IMG/VR virus record: IMGVR_UViG_2585427716_000002
Span: 32,001-96,000 of that record
Strand: one strand, 5' to 3'
Length of the DNA: 64,000 nt
Source of the DNA: a virus
Lineage: Duplodnaviria; Caudoviricetes
The stretch's first letter is position 1; each line of letters begins with the position of its first letter. The position numbers were made by a program, and so were the translations under genes. Positions 18,072-28,526 of this stretch are shown here, piece after piece. The notes beneath the pieces are model-generated. The model was not told where the DNA came from. It saw only the letters and a list, made by a program, of their open reading frames with translations, and did not search any database.

Positions 18072-19961
18072 TTATAAATTTTCTTTCAAAAACCCAAGCC
18101 CAATCGGTGCATAAGGAGTCATATTTGCCAACAGAAACGGCGTTCTTGGGGTATCTGCTAAGGTGTACCGATAAGTCTGTTCGTAGTCATAGTCCATAAT
18201 GACTTCAATGCCGTCAATCGGCGCTGCCCCTAGAATTAGTTTTTTATTAGACCCGTCTACTGTAAACTTTCCTTCCTCGGGAGGGGTGCTAGGATCAAAC
18301 TCTACATATTCAGCTTGAGTCAGGGTTGTACATCCTGTGTCACTGACAAGACGAATCTCAATGTCACCATCTATTACTGGTTTATGGAATAGATGAAATT
18401 CCTTAGTGAATCCGTCACCTGTACCAACGTGCTCACTGTTCGATGTCTCTTTAACCTCTAACTCATCGAGCTGAGCGATATTCTTAGGATGGATAGCGTA
18501 AACTTCATCTAACCTTCCGACATACCCGTCAGCTGGATGGACAATATACATCGGTGAAATATGGTACTTACCTGAGTATACCGATGGGTTAAATCTAGAT
18601 TCGTTACTTGGGTCAACGTCAGCGTCATGTGTAATAAATGCGAGATAGTGTTTTTGATACATTGCCCCGCCTACCGTACGTTGCACCATGACTGAGCTGT
18701 TTCCATTAGATGTATTGACTCCGTAATCCACTTTATTTCTCCCGATCTTCAACCCTGAGCTGTACCCTATTTCATCTTCGGATCTCGCTCCTCCAATAAG
18801 CACATTATTTAGTCTAGGGGTCTTCCCAATTGTAGAGAGACGGCCAATATACAACGGTGCAAAGTAAGTGCTCTCAGGATCAGGGGCAGGGTCCAATCTA
18901 AAGTAAGACACGATACGGTCTTTTGTGATATTTCCCCAAAAATAAACTTGAGAGTCACGTCCCCACCCTAATCCCATCTCTTCCTGGGGGATGAAGGAAA
19001 CTGCTGTTGGTACAGATGGATAAATAAAACGAACTGCATTATAAGCGGCACCCATCAATTCCGTCGGTACTGATGGGTTGAAAGGCAATACCTCTATGTC
19101 ACCATAGCTACCGTTAGAATCTTTAATCGCTTCGATTTCATAATCGGCGTATAAAGCTAAAGGTTCTGTCCCCTCATTAAATGTTACAGTGCCCTCATCA
19201 TGGTTGACCGTATAATCAGCAGGATCGATAGGATCGGTACCATCGACGGTTTCATAAAATTTGTAAGAGTTTTCCCTGATTCGCTGGTTACCGGGTAGGA
19301 TTTTAAATCTGAAAACTCTTTCCGCTTCGTCCAACAGTTCAGCTTGATTCGGGTTTTCTGATCGAAGTATCAACTTAGTTGGGATAAATCCCTCAAAAGT
19401 AAAAAACCACAATCGTTTAACAACGTCAGGAGCATTGTCAGTCAGTGCGTATGTAGCTCTAAGTACGCCCGACTGACTTTCCTCAAAGGTTATTGTCCCT
19501 TTTTCCCCATCTACAATGTACGGAGTCTCGGTAGGTTTCACCATCTCCCCACCCTCTCGGTACACGATGACACTTGATGGGACTATCGGTTTAACCTTGA
19601 CTTCAAAAACTGTATTTAGTTTTGTTGCCCCATTTGGCGTAACGTCCTTTAACTCTCCTAGAAACGTGTCTTTTGAGATAACCGGCTCTTCTCCAAACGG
19701 GGTTACTTTTCCTCCGTACCCCGTTGTAAAGCCAAAGTACCGGTGTTGGTTATCACTCCCCTGCGATTCAAACAGGTATGTCTCAGCAAAAGTTTTACGG
19801 TATGGGTCCTTGACTCCGTTTTTATCAGTTAACTGGGCAAATGATCGGTATTTACCTAGGGTACTCCACCCTCCCGCATTAAATAGCGCCTCTAAATCAG
19901 TCGGAAGCAACTGCACCGATAGATCAATATCAAAGAACCCATCTACATTAATTTTCGACAT
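18072..19961 (-). CDS. Fibre-family paralog 1 with inserted Ig-like domains
   Basis: PLYIG...SNG...YQKHYL...FNPSVYSGKYHIS...VHP core shared with three downstream ORFs. Confidence 0.7.
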   Translation of the reverse strand: MSKINVDGFFDIDLSVQLLPTDLEALFNAGGWSTLGKYRSFAQLTDKNGVKDPYRKTFAETYLFESQGSDNQHRYFGFTTGYGGKVTPFGEEPVISKDTFLGELKDVTPNGATKLNTVFEVKVKPIVPSSVIVYREGGEMVKPTETPYIVDGEKGTITFEESQSGVLRATYALTDNAPDVVKRLWFFTFEGFIPTKLILRSENPNQAELLDEAERVFRFKILPGNQRIRENSYKFYETVDGTDPIDPADYTVNHDEGTVTFNEGTEPLALYADYEIEAIKDSNGSYGDIEVLPFNPSVPTELMGAAYNAVRFIYPSVPTAVSFIPQEEMGLGWGRDSQVYFWGNITKDRIVSYFRLDPAPDPESTYFAPLYIGRLSTIGKTPRLNNVLIGGARSEDEIGYSSGLKIGRNKVDYGVNTSNGNSSVMVQRTVGGAMYQKHYLAFITHDADVDPSNESRFNPSVYSGKYHISPMYIVHPADGYVGRLDEVYAIHPKNIAQLDELEVKETSNSEHVGTGDGFTKEFHLFHKPVIDGDIEIRLVSDTGCTTLTQAEYVEFDPSTPPEEGKFTVDGSNKKLILGAAPIDGIEVIMDYDYEQTYRYTLADTPRTPFLLANMTPYAPIGLGFLKENL

Positions 19962-19983
19962 TCTTAATCACCTCTTTTTGTTG

Positions 19984-22128
19984 TTAAGCAACTGTCACTG
20001 TCGGTGCTACTACACCCACTGACTCATTGCCAGCAAGGTCTACGGTTGTAATTTTTATTTCAGGGGAAAATCCCGTGGTCAAACCTGTTAACCTATACTG
20101 ATTCGTACCTGTTATGCCTTTCGCATATAGAGATCCGTCCACATAAATGTTGATATAACTCAAGTCTGCGTCAGTTGGTAATGTGTACGCTAAGTCGATT
20201 GTTTGAGCCTGGGGGCTACTTGTATTAGTAATAACTACTTCATCTGGAGGTGTCACATCGTTTTCAATATCGTGAGGTACTGCGTTAGGGTTGAAATCCT
20301 CTGCGTATATCCCTAATCCGACAGGACGGAACGGTGTGGCAGGAACTTTTGTCAATGGAGAGACAGCTCCAATACTCAAATACCTATACATTTCGTAAAC
20401 TTTTTCAGGGCAATCAGTCTTTCTGACTCGCAAATTGGCTGCGTTGACACTTTGCGCATTGAAACCAATGGCCTTGTCTAGATACCCACGAATACCTTCT
20501 TCGGGATGAACTACAGCGATCCTAGAAGAATGAATTTTACTTGAGTACCTAGAAGCATTGAACTGGTACTTATAGTTTTTAGTGTTTTCCATAGACTCGT
20601 AAGCTCTAGGGTACTTTTTGTTTCGATCCGTCATCTTTGTAGGAGGTAGCTGATTAGGTGGAGCACTCCATGATAAGTAATGTGCTTGGTAACGGGCACC
20701 AAAACGAGAACGAGATACCATAACAGAATCAACACCATTTGAAGGATGGTGCGGGTAAAGTTTCAACAAAGGTTGTATCGTTTCACCAACCTTTGACCCT
20801 GGATCATCAAAATCGAAAGTTGAGACAATCGTTTCGTTGTCCGCATTTTGACTATTCGTGGTCAGCCTTTGAACAAGAGTGTTTTTAGTATCGATTGCAC
20901 GTGCTGTGGTACCTTGTTGCGCTCTCTCAACAAGTAGTAGGTTACCAGATTTTTGAAGTAGCTTTACAATTTCTCCAGTGCCTTTATTTCCTATAATCAA
21001 GTACGTTGGTGCTTCGGGTAACTTTTCACCATCATTTACTAGAATCTGAGTTGCTTCTGATGTAATGTCTCTAGCTAAAGAAGTGGCCTCATTTGCAGAA
21101 GTAACTTTACTAGCAGGTGGGACAGTTCCTCCAAATAATGCGTATCCTTCGTCACCGTCCCCGTCAGTAGAATTTACCCTACCGAAATAAAGAGGGATGG
21201 TGGGGACTAAGTTACTCTCCCACGCAGGTGCGTTATCCGCTTGCAAGATGAGAAAAATTGTTCTGCTGTCCACATACCCCCGAACCCTAATCTCTGAATC
21301 TGTCCACCAGTTCGTGTGCCAAATCGGATTGTTTATATGCTCTAGGAATTGTGCTCTCAAGGTCGTCTTGACCATAGGTGACTGCATAACACGAGGGTCC
21401 GCTTTTGTAATTGCAAGCTCTCTCGAAGATGATTCAGGTACCCTAGAAAATTCGGTACCAAACACCTCGATATCTAAAGCAGATCGGATAACATGGTAAG
21501 GAGACGCTGATGTATAATGGCCGTCAAACTCCATGTCTGATCCTTCCGGGTCATTTACGCTATCTTCACTTGAATACCCGTACCACCACTCATACCAATT
21601 AATTCGATCATTGTCCCGGGATAAATTGTACGCAGTTCCTCCCATACCAGGGGCAGTGATGATGGATACGACATTATCGTTAGAAGCATAATTAGAGTTT
21701 GGTAACTTCTCAAGCATATAAAAATATAGGTTGGTTTTACTGGACGCCTCTGCAAATTTCTGTTTGACCCACTCTTCCCAAGAAGGTGTTCTACCAAAGT
21801 TCGAGTCCTTAGGATCTTGTTCATCATTTATCCGTCTGATTGGATCTGTTTTATCAGTCAAGTAGGATAAATAAAACTGAGCTACTGTCGCAAAACCGAG
21901 CAACTTACCGTCAGCATTCTTAAAAATGTCATGTTTTGCAATGGCATAGTTTGCTTTGCTAGTGCCTGAGACATAAGCTCGGGCGTCTACTACAGCTTTA
22001 TAAAAAGACCTGGCTTTGACCCACCCATTTTCAGTAAGCATTTTACCGAAAACATCCTGTAAATTGTCTTCCTCGAATTTTAAAAGAGATTCCTTCGGGG
22101 TCGAGTCAATATACGGCATTAACTTCAC
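19984..22128 (-). CDS. Fibre-family paralog 2 with C-terminal FN3
   Basis: NWWTDSEI...PSNGVDS...RYQAHYL...SRYS; FN3-like end VDLAGNES. Confidence 0.7.
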   Translation of the reverse strand: MKLMPYIDSTPKESLLKFEEDNLQDVFGKMLTENGWVKARSFYKAVVDARAYVSGTSKANYAIAKHDIFKNADGKLLGFATVAQFYLSYLTDKTDPIRRINDEQDPKDSNFGRTPSWEEWVKQKFAEASSKTNLYFYMLEKLPNSNYASNDNVVSIITAPGMGGTAYNLSRDNDRINWYEWWYGYSSEDSVNDPEGSDMEFDGHYTSASPYHVIRSALDIEVFGTEFSRVPESSSRELAITKADPRVMQSPMVKTTLRAQFLEHINNPIWHTNWWTDSEIRVRGYVDSRTIFLILQADNAPAWESNLVPTIPLYFGRVNSTDGDGDEGYALFGGTVPPASKVTSANEATSLARDITSEATQILVNDGEKLPEAPTYLIIGNKGTGEIVKLLQKSGNLLLVERAQQGTTARAIDTKNTLVQRLTTNSQNADNETIVSTFDFDDPGSKVGETIQPLLKLYPHHPSNGVDSVMVSRSRFGARYQAHYLSWSAPPNQLPPTKMTDRNKKYPRAYESMENTKNYKYQFNASRYSSKIHSSRIAVVHPEEGIRGYLDKAIGFNAQSVNAANLRVRKTDCPEKVYEMYRYLSIGAVSPLTKVPATPFRPVGLGIYAEDFNPNAVPHDIENDVTPPDEVVITNTSSPQAQTIDLAYTLPTDADLSYINIYVDGSLYAKGITGTNQYRLTGLTTGFSPEIKITTVDLAGNESVGVVAPTVTVA

Positions 22129-22197
22129 CTTCTCTTCTAATTATTAGAATGCTAGAGGCATTAAAATTGAGGTACCTCTAGCACTACAGGTAAACCT

Positions 22198-22226
22198 ATT
22201 ATAGGAAACACCTGTCTAGATATAAC
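22198..22226 (-). promoter_or_regulatory. Phage-type promoter GTTA-N17-CCTATAAT
   Basis: Copy of the repeated motif. Confidence 0.6.
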
Positions 22227-22239
22227 CATTGGTTGTCTG

Positions 22240-23931
22240 CTATGAGACATCGCCGGTGACTTCGCTACCTGTTGATTTATTCCCTGAGTAATCTACAGAA
22301 ACAACTTTAAAAGTAACTTCTCCTGCATTTAACCCCTTGAAGACGTATTCAGTAACACCTGTGACGCCCTCTACGTACTTCTCACCGTTAAGGAGTATCT
22401 CTACCCCTGCTAAATCGGTATCGCTAGGGTCAACCCACGACAATTTAACTTGACCCGGCTGAGGATTGCTCAGTTTAAGCTCGTTGACGTTTCCAGGAGC
22501 CTCTTCGTCTGTGGGATTAGGTCTAACCTTCCCATTCTGATTTAATCCTTCTTTATAAATCCCCAAACCCATAGGCCGGAAGTGAGTTGCTGGTCTTTTT
22601 GTCAGTGGGGATACTGCGCTTATAGAGACACACTGGTACACGTCGTACACTGTCTCAGATGAACCGTCTCTTAGGATACGTAGTTCACTAGAATTTAGGT
22701 TTGTTGCATTTAATCCAACTGCTTTACTTAGATGTCCTCGCAGCCCTTCTTCGGGATGGATAAGGTAAATGTGAGATGTTTGAACCTTTCCCGAATATCT
22801 AGAAGGATTGAATTGGTATCCGTTTCTTCCCCATGCACGTGGGTAATCTTTCAAATCATCAGAGTTTCCGTTATCTCTGGTTGGAGGCATGTCTTGAGCC
22901 GCCGTACTCCATGAAAGGAAGTAGCTTTGGTACCTTGCCCCTAACTTGGTTCTGTTTATAATGACAGAATCTATCCCATTTGACGGGTTTGACGGATACT
23001 TTTTAAGCACGGGCATTATACGTTTCCCGCCTTCTAACGTAATATCGTCAAAATCATAGTGGGATACCTCGGTAGACGAAGAACCCATCGGCACTGTCCC
23101 TGCAAACATCGCAACTGCTGGATCTCCTTCATCCACTGCTTCAATGTCACCAAAGTAGAAAGGTACAGATGGAACAACATTGTCCTCCCACATCGGCGTT
23201 ACATCGGCCTGTAGAATCAAAAACATGCTCTTGCTATCCAAGTGGCCCCTAATACTTATCTCAGAATCTCCCCACCAATTAGTGTCCATATAAGGAAACT
23301 CAAGATTCTCTAAAAACTTTGCACGAAGAGAAGACTCTACAATAGGGGATTGCATGACTAAAGGATCAGCGGACTTCACAAACTCTGACCCAGCATTTGT
23401 CGACTTAAAATCTATACTTGTAACCTCTACGTCGAGCGCCATCCTTAACCGTTTCTCACCTTCTGATTCAGTTCCCCAAGGGGTGAATACGTTACTCCCT
23501 TCTTTAATGTTAGGTACCCTATCTAACATATAGAAATAAAGGGTGGTTTCTTCTTTGCGTTTGTAGAATTCTCTTGACATGTAGGCTGTTAGGGCTTCTT
23601 TTTCTGAGTCAGTTGAATTAAAGACATTGTAATACGGGAATCCATTGGCATGGTCTGTATAGTCTCCCCAGTCAGCGACTACAGCTAACCCTAACAAGTC
23701 TCCTCTAGCATTCCTTAGAATGACATGATTGGCTACTAGGAATCTGTCATCATGGCGACCTGCTACGTCATGCTCTGTTACAAAATGGACGGATGTAACC
23801 ATTTTTTTAAACTCTAACGCCTTAGTCCAACCATGCTTTAGCAGCAGGTCTTTGAAGCCCTTTTGTAACTCCCCTTCTCGAATTTTGTAGGGGGAGAGAG
23901 CAGGAGCGTTATCGATATAAGGCATACACAC
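22240..23931 (-). CDS. Fibre-family paralog 3 with C-terminal FN3
   Basis: NWWGDSEI...PSNGIDS...RYQSYFL; FN3 LSWVDPSDTDL...VDYSGNKS. Confidence 0.7.
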   Translation of the reverse strand: MCMPYIDNAPALSPYKIREGELQKGFKDLLLKHGWTKALEFKKMVTSVHFVTEHDVAGRHDDRFLVANHVILRNARGDLLGLAVVADWGDYTDHANGFPYYNVFNSTDSEKEALTAYMSREFYKRKEETTLYFYMLDRVPNIKEGSNVFTPWGTESEGEKRLRMALDVEVTSIDFKSTNAGSEFVKSADPLVMQSPIVESSLRAKFLENLEFPYMDTNWWGDSEISIRGHLDSKSMFLILQADVTPMWEDNVVPSVPFYFGDIEAVDEGDPAVAMFAGTVPMGSSSTEVSHYDFDDITLEGGKRIMPVLKKYPSNPSNGIDSVIINRTKLGARYQSYFLSWSTAAQDMPPTRDNGNSDDLKDYPRAWGRNGYQFNPSRYSGKVQTSHIYLIHPEEGLRGHLSKAVGLNATNLNSSELRILRDGSSETVYDVYQCVSISAVSPLTKRPATHFRPMGLGIYKEGLNQNGKVRPNPTDEEAPGNVNELKLSNPQPGQVKLSWVDPSDTDLAGVEILLNGEKYVEGVTGVTEYVFKGLNAGEVTFKVVSVDYSGNKSTGSEVTGDVS

Positions 23932-24047
23932 ACCTACTTTCAGTAATTTTTGTAATACATAAAGGGCGAGGAAGTTGTGTCCTCGCCCCCTTTCACCAAT
24001 ATTTATCGTTATGGACTAACCCCGAGTTGCGAGCAACTTCCTCAATC

Positions 24048-24076
24048 ATTATAGTTTCCATAAGGAACTGTTTAAC
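24048..24076 (-). promoter_or_regulatory. Phage-type promoter GTTA-N17-ACTATAAT
   Basis: Copy of the repeated motif. Confidence 0.6.
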
Positions 24077-24085
24077 GACTGCTCG

Positions 24086-25645
24086 TTAAAATACGATTGG
24101 GGCGTTAGCTTTAACCTCATCCGGTACCGAACTAGGGCAATACAGTGTGTAAGACCACCTAGTTCCTTCATTTTTCCTGTTCATTGCAATTTTCAGCTTC
24201 CCATCAGAAGGTTTGTACTTAAAACCGAACGGACTTTTTTCTGAGTACGCATGGAATCCAGTTCTATGTTTTAATACTCCCCCCACATAAATAAACATCT
24301 CGTCAGGTTCGCTAAAGAAATTGTACTCAATGTAGTATACTCCTGATTCAGTGACATCAAACTTTCTGCTATTGTACCCCGAGTCCCCGTTAATAACATC
24401 GCTGCAATACGCTGTCGGAGCCGGGTCATTAGGTGCTGGGTCAGGCTCAGGGTCTGTAGTGCCACCCCCGCCGGTACCTCCATCTCCACCGGTGCCCCCG
24501 GTTCCAGTATCGCCAGATCCGCCAGATCCACCATCTCCCCCTGTTCCGCCTGTTCCCCCATTACCACCGTCACCATCACTTCCGGTAGGCTTGGATTTTA
24601 CAACAACAGTTGAAGTTACCGTACATTGCTGACCATCTTCATACGTTACAACATACTTTATCGGAAACGTCCCGATCCGCAGAGCCTTAAATTCACCATT
24701 CCCTAGGTCATCTATAGCTGTTTCATCAACTTTGACAGCAATTTTCAGAACGCCCGATGTGTTTGAGTGAACTAATGAAAACTTACCTTTCTCCCCGACT
24801 TTGACTTCTAAATACTGAGATGGTGATATCTTTAATCCGCATGGTTCCGAAGGTTCATCGCCAATTAAAGGGACTTCGGCAGGTTTATCTATAAATTCCA
24901 ACGGAGGTGTTGAAATCCTTTCGTAGCAATAGGCGTTTTGCAAAACACCGATTGCAGCCATCCTGAATTGCGTAGACGGTCTTTTTGTAAATGGGGAGTC
25001 TCCCTCAACTATAGTTAAGTAGTATTCGTCATATTGTACATGAAGAGGTCCCTCTACTTTCGGTGGATCTTTTGGTTCTGTCGGAACCTCTTCTCCCCCT
25101 GTACTTGGGTCTTCACCATAAAGGTTAGCCCATTGGAATGGGATTCGGACGTGAAGTTCCTTGGCTGTGTCTGTAACACATTTTAACCATACCTCGTATA
25201 TACCTTCTTTGGTCATATTCATGAAGTCGTACATCGGGGTACCGTCGCCTAGATCCTTCTGAGTAAAGGCAATACCTCTCATTACAAGGAGGTCGGGATT
25301 GTTGGGGTCACTCTCTAGAGAAATTGATTTACCACCCTCTCCTGTGAGGTAGGGTTCTTCGACCAATGTATTATCTGTTTCTGTAACGAATCGCAAGAAG
25401 GCCTTAGCAGACACAATTCCCGCACTCTTTAAGCAATAAATATCAAGGTACGATACACTATGAAGTTGTATATCTATTACGAGCGGACCTTTTTGATGGT
25501 AAGTTATTACATCATGCACATCAGGGAATATGTGTCTTGAAGGAAGATGTCTCCATCTTATGGAATGAATGATTGGGTTTTGGTCGGTATCTGTATACCC
25601 TACATTTTGCGGAATAGTTAAATCAGGGATTGGAGTAATCGCCAT
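24086..25645 (-). CDS. Fibre-associated protein with Ig-like domain, Gly-rich linker and C-terminal Cys-bracketed beta domain
   Basis: GGTGG linker; C...PDEMFIY...WSYTLYCP. Confidence 0.65.
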   Translation of the reverse strand: MAITPIPDLTIPQNVGYTDTDQNPIIHSIRWRHLPSRHIFPDVHDVITYHQKGPLVIDIQLHSVSYLDIYCLKSAGIVSAKAFLRFVTETDNTLVEEPYLTGEGGKSISLESDPNNPDLLVMRGIAFTQKDLGDGTPMYDFMNMTKEGIYEVWLKCVTDTAKELHVRIPFQWANLYGEDPSTGGEEVPTEPKDPPKVEGPLHVQYDEYYLTIVEGDSPFTKRPSTQFRMAAIGVLQNAYCYERISTPPLEFIDKPAEVPLIGDEPSEPCGLKISPSQYLEVKVGEKGKFSLVHSNTSGVLKIAVKVDETAIDDLGNGEFKALRIGTFPIKYVVTYEDGQQCTVTSTVVVKSKPTGSDGDGGNGGTGGTGGDGGSGGSGDTGTGGTGGDGGTGGGGTTDPEPDPAPNDPAPTAYCSDVINGDSGYNSRKFDVTESGVYYIEYNFFSEPDEMFIYVGGVLKHRTGFHAYSEKSPFGFKYKPSDGKLKIAMNRKNEGTRWSYTLYCPSSVPDEVKANAPIVF

Positions 25646-25657
25646 AGATTTCCACCT

Positions 25658-25957
25658 CTATTCTTTTATTACTTCTACACTAAAACCCTGTAACTTTAAA
25701 TCTCTCGTCAAATACTCCGATAAATAGGTATTACTCGCCTTATTTACTTCGACAGGTTGGCCTTCCTTTCTCAAAACCAGTTCATCGGGAATTCCCGCAA
25801 GCTCGCCTTTAAATCGAACACTCGTCTTTACATTTATAATGTTATTCAGAGACTTCACAATCACATCGTTATTACCGCTTATCTTCACTTGATGTAGGAC
25901 TTCGCCATCATTGTCAATGAAAGCGAAGTTCTTACCTCTTGTGATTTTAAGTATCAT
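25658..25957 (-). CDS. Hypothetical protein
   Basis: 99-aa ORF with SD, tightly packed in the operon. Confidence 0.6.
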   Translation of the reverse strand: MILKITRGKNFAFIDNDGEVLHQVKISGNNDVIVKSLNNIINVKTSVRFKGELAGIPDELVLRKEGQPVEVNKASNTYLSEYLTRDLKLQGFSVEVIKE

Positions 25958-25972
25958 CGTATACCCCCTATT

Positions 25973-28522
25973 CTAAAGGTTAGGGTCTATTCCCATTGCC
26001 TTTAATTGATTCATAATAAAGTCATGCTTTGCTGTGAACTTGTCACGTAAGAAAGGACGGTTGATAGCGTACATCATAAATGCCTCCGCAAAATCCTCAG
26101 CTGGCCCAAAACAACCATAGTCAGATACGGGAGCTAGCTTGCCATTGTCTAAAACAGTCCCTGAACTGCTTTTGGTAAGTTCATCGAAAGTACCATCAGA
26201 CTTTCTAACCCAACCGCTGATATTTAACCATTCTTCCATTTCGTGCAGCTTGACTCCTAACTTATCAAAGCCATAGTTGGATACAGCGTGGCCCATCTCG
26301 TGAATTGCTACCTCTGCTGCTACATACGGAACAAAGTTATCGTCTGTCATCTCTTCTTTATAGTAGGTTAAATACTCACCACCAACTACAGGATTCCCGA
26401 AACCATTTGCCGATTTGATGTAGTCATAAGGTCTGTGTGCCTTGGCTGCTGATAAGGAATAGTTTAAGAGTTGAGGCTCGAAATTAACTAGTGACCTGAA
26501 TGTAGAAAGAATGTTCTCTTTTGTACCATCTGTGTAAGAAACAGTTACTACATTATCCAAAACCCAAGCACCTACTACCCCACTGTCAGATTCATCTTCT
26601 TCATATACGTTGTTGAAATCCATCCAGTCGTAAACCTCACTCGGTACTTTGCTGATTAGAGGGATCATCTTATCTAATGTATCCCCTGACAAAAATCCCT
26701 CCGAACCAGGGAAAAAGTTCACTGGTTTTTGTAGCTTTACTGACATATAGATCGAGGCTCTTTGTAGATCTGACAAGCACGATAAATTATCAGCAGACCA
26801 GTCTCTAAATTCTGTCCACGTCTTATTTAGATTTATTTTTCCGGCTTGGGCGTCGGAGATGGTCTTCCATAGAAGTTTGTGATAATCTTCTACGTTTATT
26901 TTTGAGTTGGTAAGCTTGTACTTTGAAGAAGCGTCATAAAAGAAGTCTAGCCAATCGTTTCGCCCTTCCCAAAAAGTGACGCTCAATTCCCTGCCAATAC
27001 CTTCCTCATTATTTAGCATATACTCCTGAGTAGCGGGGGAAGGTTTCCAATAAACATCGCTGATTGTATTTACTGGCACTGACCCGTCGCATAAATAATT
27101 GAACCGGTATTCCGCCGGCTGGTCTCCCTGATCGTCGGTAGGTTCTTCATCATTCGGCTGGGGACTCCAAGGACTTCGGGTAGATTCGGTGGGCGGCTGA
27201 GGATTGTACGGCAATTCATCACAATCCCCACACCAGTGAGGGAATTTCAGCCTATCTCCTTCCATTAAATTGATGAGAGGGATTAATACAATATTAGGTA
27301 TATACCCTATGACGCCGTCCTCAGGGTGCATAACTGTCGCCCTAGATGAGTGGATTTTTTCACTATACCTTGACGGATGAAAGCCGTAGTTATAGTAACC
27401 GTAACGCAGGTAGTTCCATGCTCTAGGGTATTTTCTTGCAAACTCTTCTTCTTTGTCAGTCCCTAAAGATTTTTTGACCTTTCTTAACTCTTCTCTAGTA
27501 GGAGGCATTTGGTTAGGTGGGGCATTCCAACGAAGAAAATGTTCCTGGTATCTAGAACCGTACTTTGTCTTTTTCACCATCACTGAATCAATTCCGTTTG
27601 AAGGATGGTGAACGTAATTGCGAGTAATAGGTTGTAGCGTATCAGTCTTTTCTTCTACATTATCGAAGTCGAAGAATTTCCCGACTTGCGTACCCCCTAA
27701 CATAGCTATCGGAGTTTCATTTGGCTTAGTTGTGTTTTTGGTTACAAGGTTTCCGAAAAAGAAAGGGACTAAGGTTACTCCGTTATCCTCCCACATTGGT
27801 GCAGAGTCAACTTTCAATGTAAAGAAGGCACTGGTTTCATCAAAAACACCTCTAAGTTGTATTAAAGAATCGGCCCACCAGTTTGTGTTGGTCTTGTAGT
27901 TCAATTTACCGATGGACGCTACATGTTCTCCAGTATCTCCTTTTAGTTTCATAGTGATTATAGGTGACTGTTTCATATCAGGGTGGTAGTCATTTTTGTT
28001 ATGGTACTCAATATCTAAACTTGCTTTATGGACCCCAACACCACTGTCATCACCTAAAACAGTTACTGGAGTTGCCTTTCCTCCGCTAATAAAATGGGTA
28101 TAACCCTCATACTTATCTAAGGTGTATGCATAAACGGTAGTATAGTCTACAAAGTCCTTATAAAAATTAACAAACCATTTAAGTAAATCCTTTTTATTTG
28201 TTGGTAGGTCCTTTGTTGAAATTTTCACTGCTCCTGTCGATTGAGCAAAAGCAAGTAACTGATTGTCCCATCGTCTAAAAATAAGGTGTCTTGTTATGCA
28301 TAGCATTCCTTCGGTCGGAAGTTCAGGAGAAGTGTATCCTTTACTTGTTTTTACAAACAGACCTTTTTCAAAGCTGATTTTATAAAGGTCGACTTTAGCA
28401 GCGTTCTTATTGAAGTCTTGCCACCAATAGTTACCTGATTTATCTTTAAAGCGTCTAAACACTTTATCAAACAAGTCATCTAAGAAACTATCATGTCTAA
28501 GTGTTTCTTCGACAAAAGGCAT
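25973..28522 (-). CDS. Fibre-family paralog 4 fused to a C-terminal Zn-metallopeptidase (HEXXH)
   Basis: Start MPFVEE (28522) parallels MPYID in the paralogs; NWWADS, PSNGIDS, SRYQEHFL; AIHEMGH...VSDYG...EDFAE. Confidence 0.72.
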   Translation of the reverse strand: MPFVEETLRHDSFLDDLFDKVFRRFKDKSGNYWWQDFNKNAAKVDLYKISFEKGLFVKTSKGYTSPELPTEGMLCITRHLIFRRWDNQLLAFAQSTGAVKISTKDLPTNKKDLLKWFVNFYKDFVDYTTVYAYTLDKYEGYTHFISGGKATPVTVLGDDSGVGVHKASLDIEYHNKNDYHPDMKQSPIITMKLKGDTGEHVASIGKLNYKTNTNWWADSLIQLRGVFDETSAFFTLKVDSAPMWEDNGVTLVPFFFGNLVTKNTTKPNETPIAMLGGTQVGKFFDFDNVEEKTDTLQPITRNYVHHPSNGIDSVMVKKTKYGSRYQEHFLRWNAPPNQMPPTREELRKVKKSLGTDKEEEFARKYPRAWNYLRYGYYNYGFHPSRYSEKIHSSRATVMHPEDGVIGYIPNIVLIPLINLMEGDRLKFPHWCGDCDELPYNPQPPTESTRSPWSPQPNDEEPTDDQGDQPAEYRFNYLCDGSVPVNTISDVYWKPSPATQEYMLNNEEGIGRELSVTFWEGRNDWLDFFYDASSKYKLTNSKINVEDYHKLLWKTISDAQAGKINLNKTWTEFRDWSADNLSCLSDLQRASIYMSVKLQKPVNFFPGSEGFLSGDTLDKMIPLISKVPSEVYDWMDFNNVYEEDESDSGVVGAWVLDNVVTVSYTDGTKENILSTFRSLVNFEPQLLNYSLSAAKAHRPYDYIKSANGFGNPVVGGEYLTYYKEEMTDDNFVPYVAAEVAIHEMGHAVSNYGFDKLGVKLHEMEEWLNISGWVRKSDGTFDELTKSSSGTVLDNGKLAPVSDYGCFGPAEDFAEAFMMYAINRPFLRDKFTAKHDFIMNQLKAMGIDPNL

Positions 28523-28526
28523 AGAA

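Noticed and set aside
24351-24632. Pro-rich plus-strand ORF / GC-rich repeat
   Set aside because: It is the antisense shadow of the GGTGG linker in the 24086-25645 gene.
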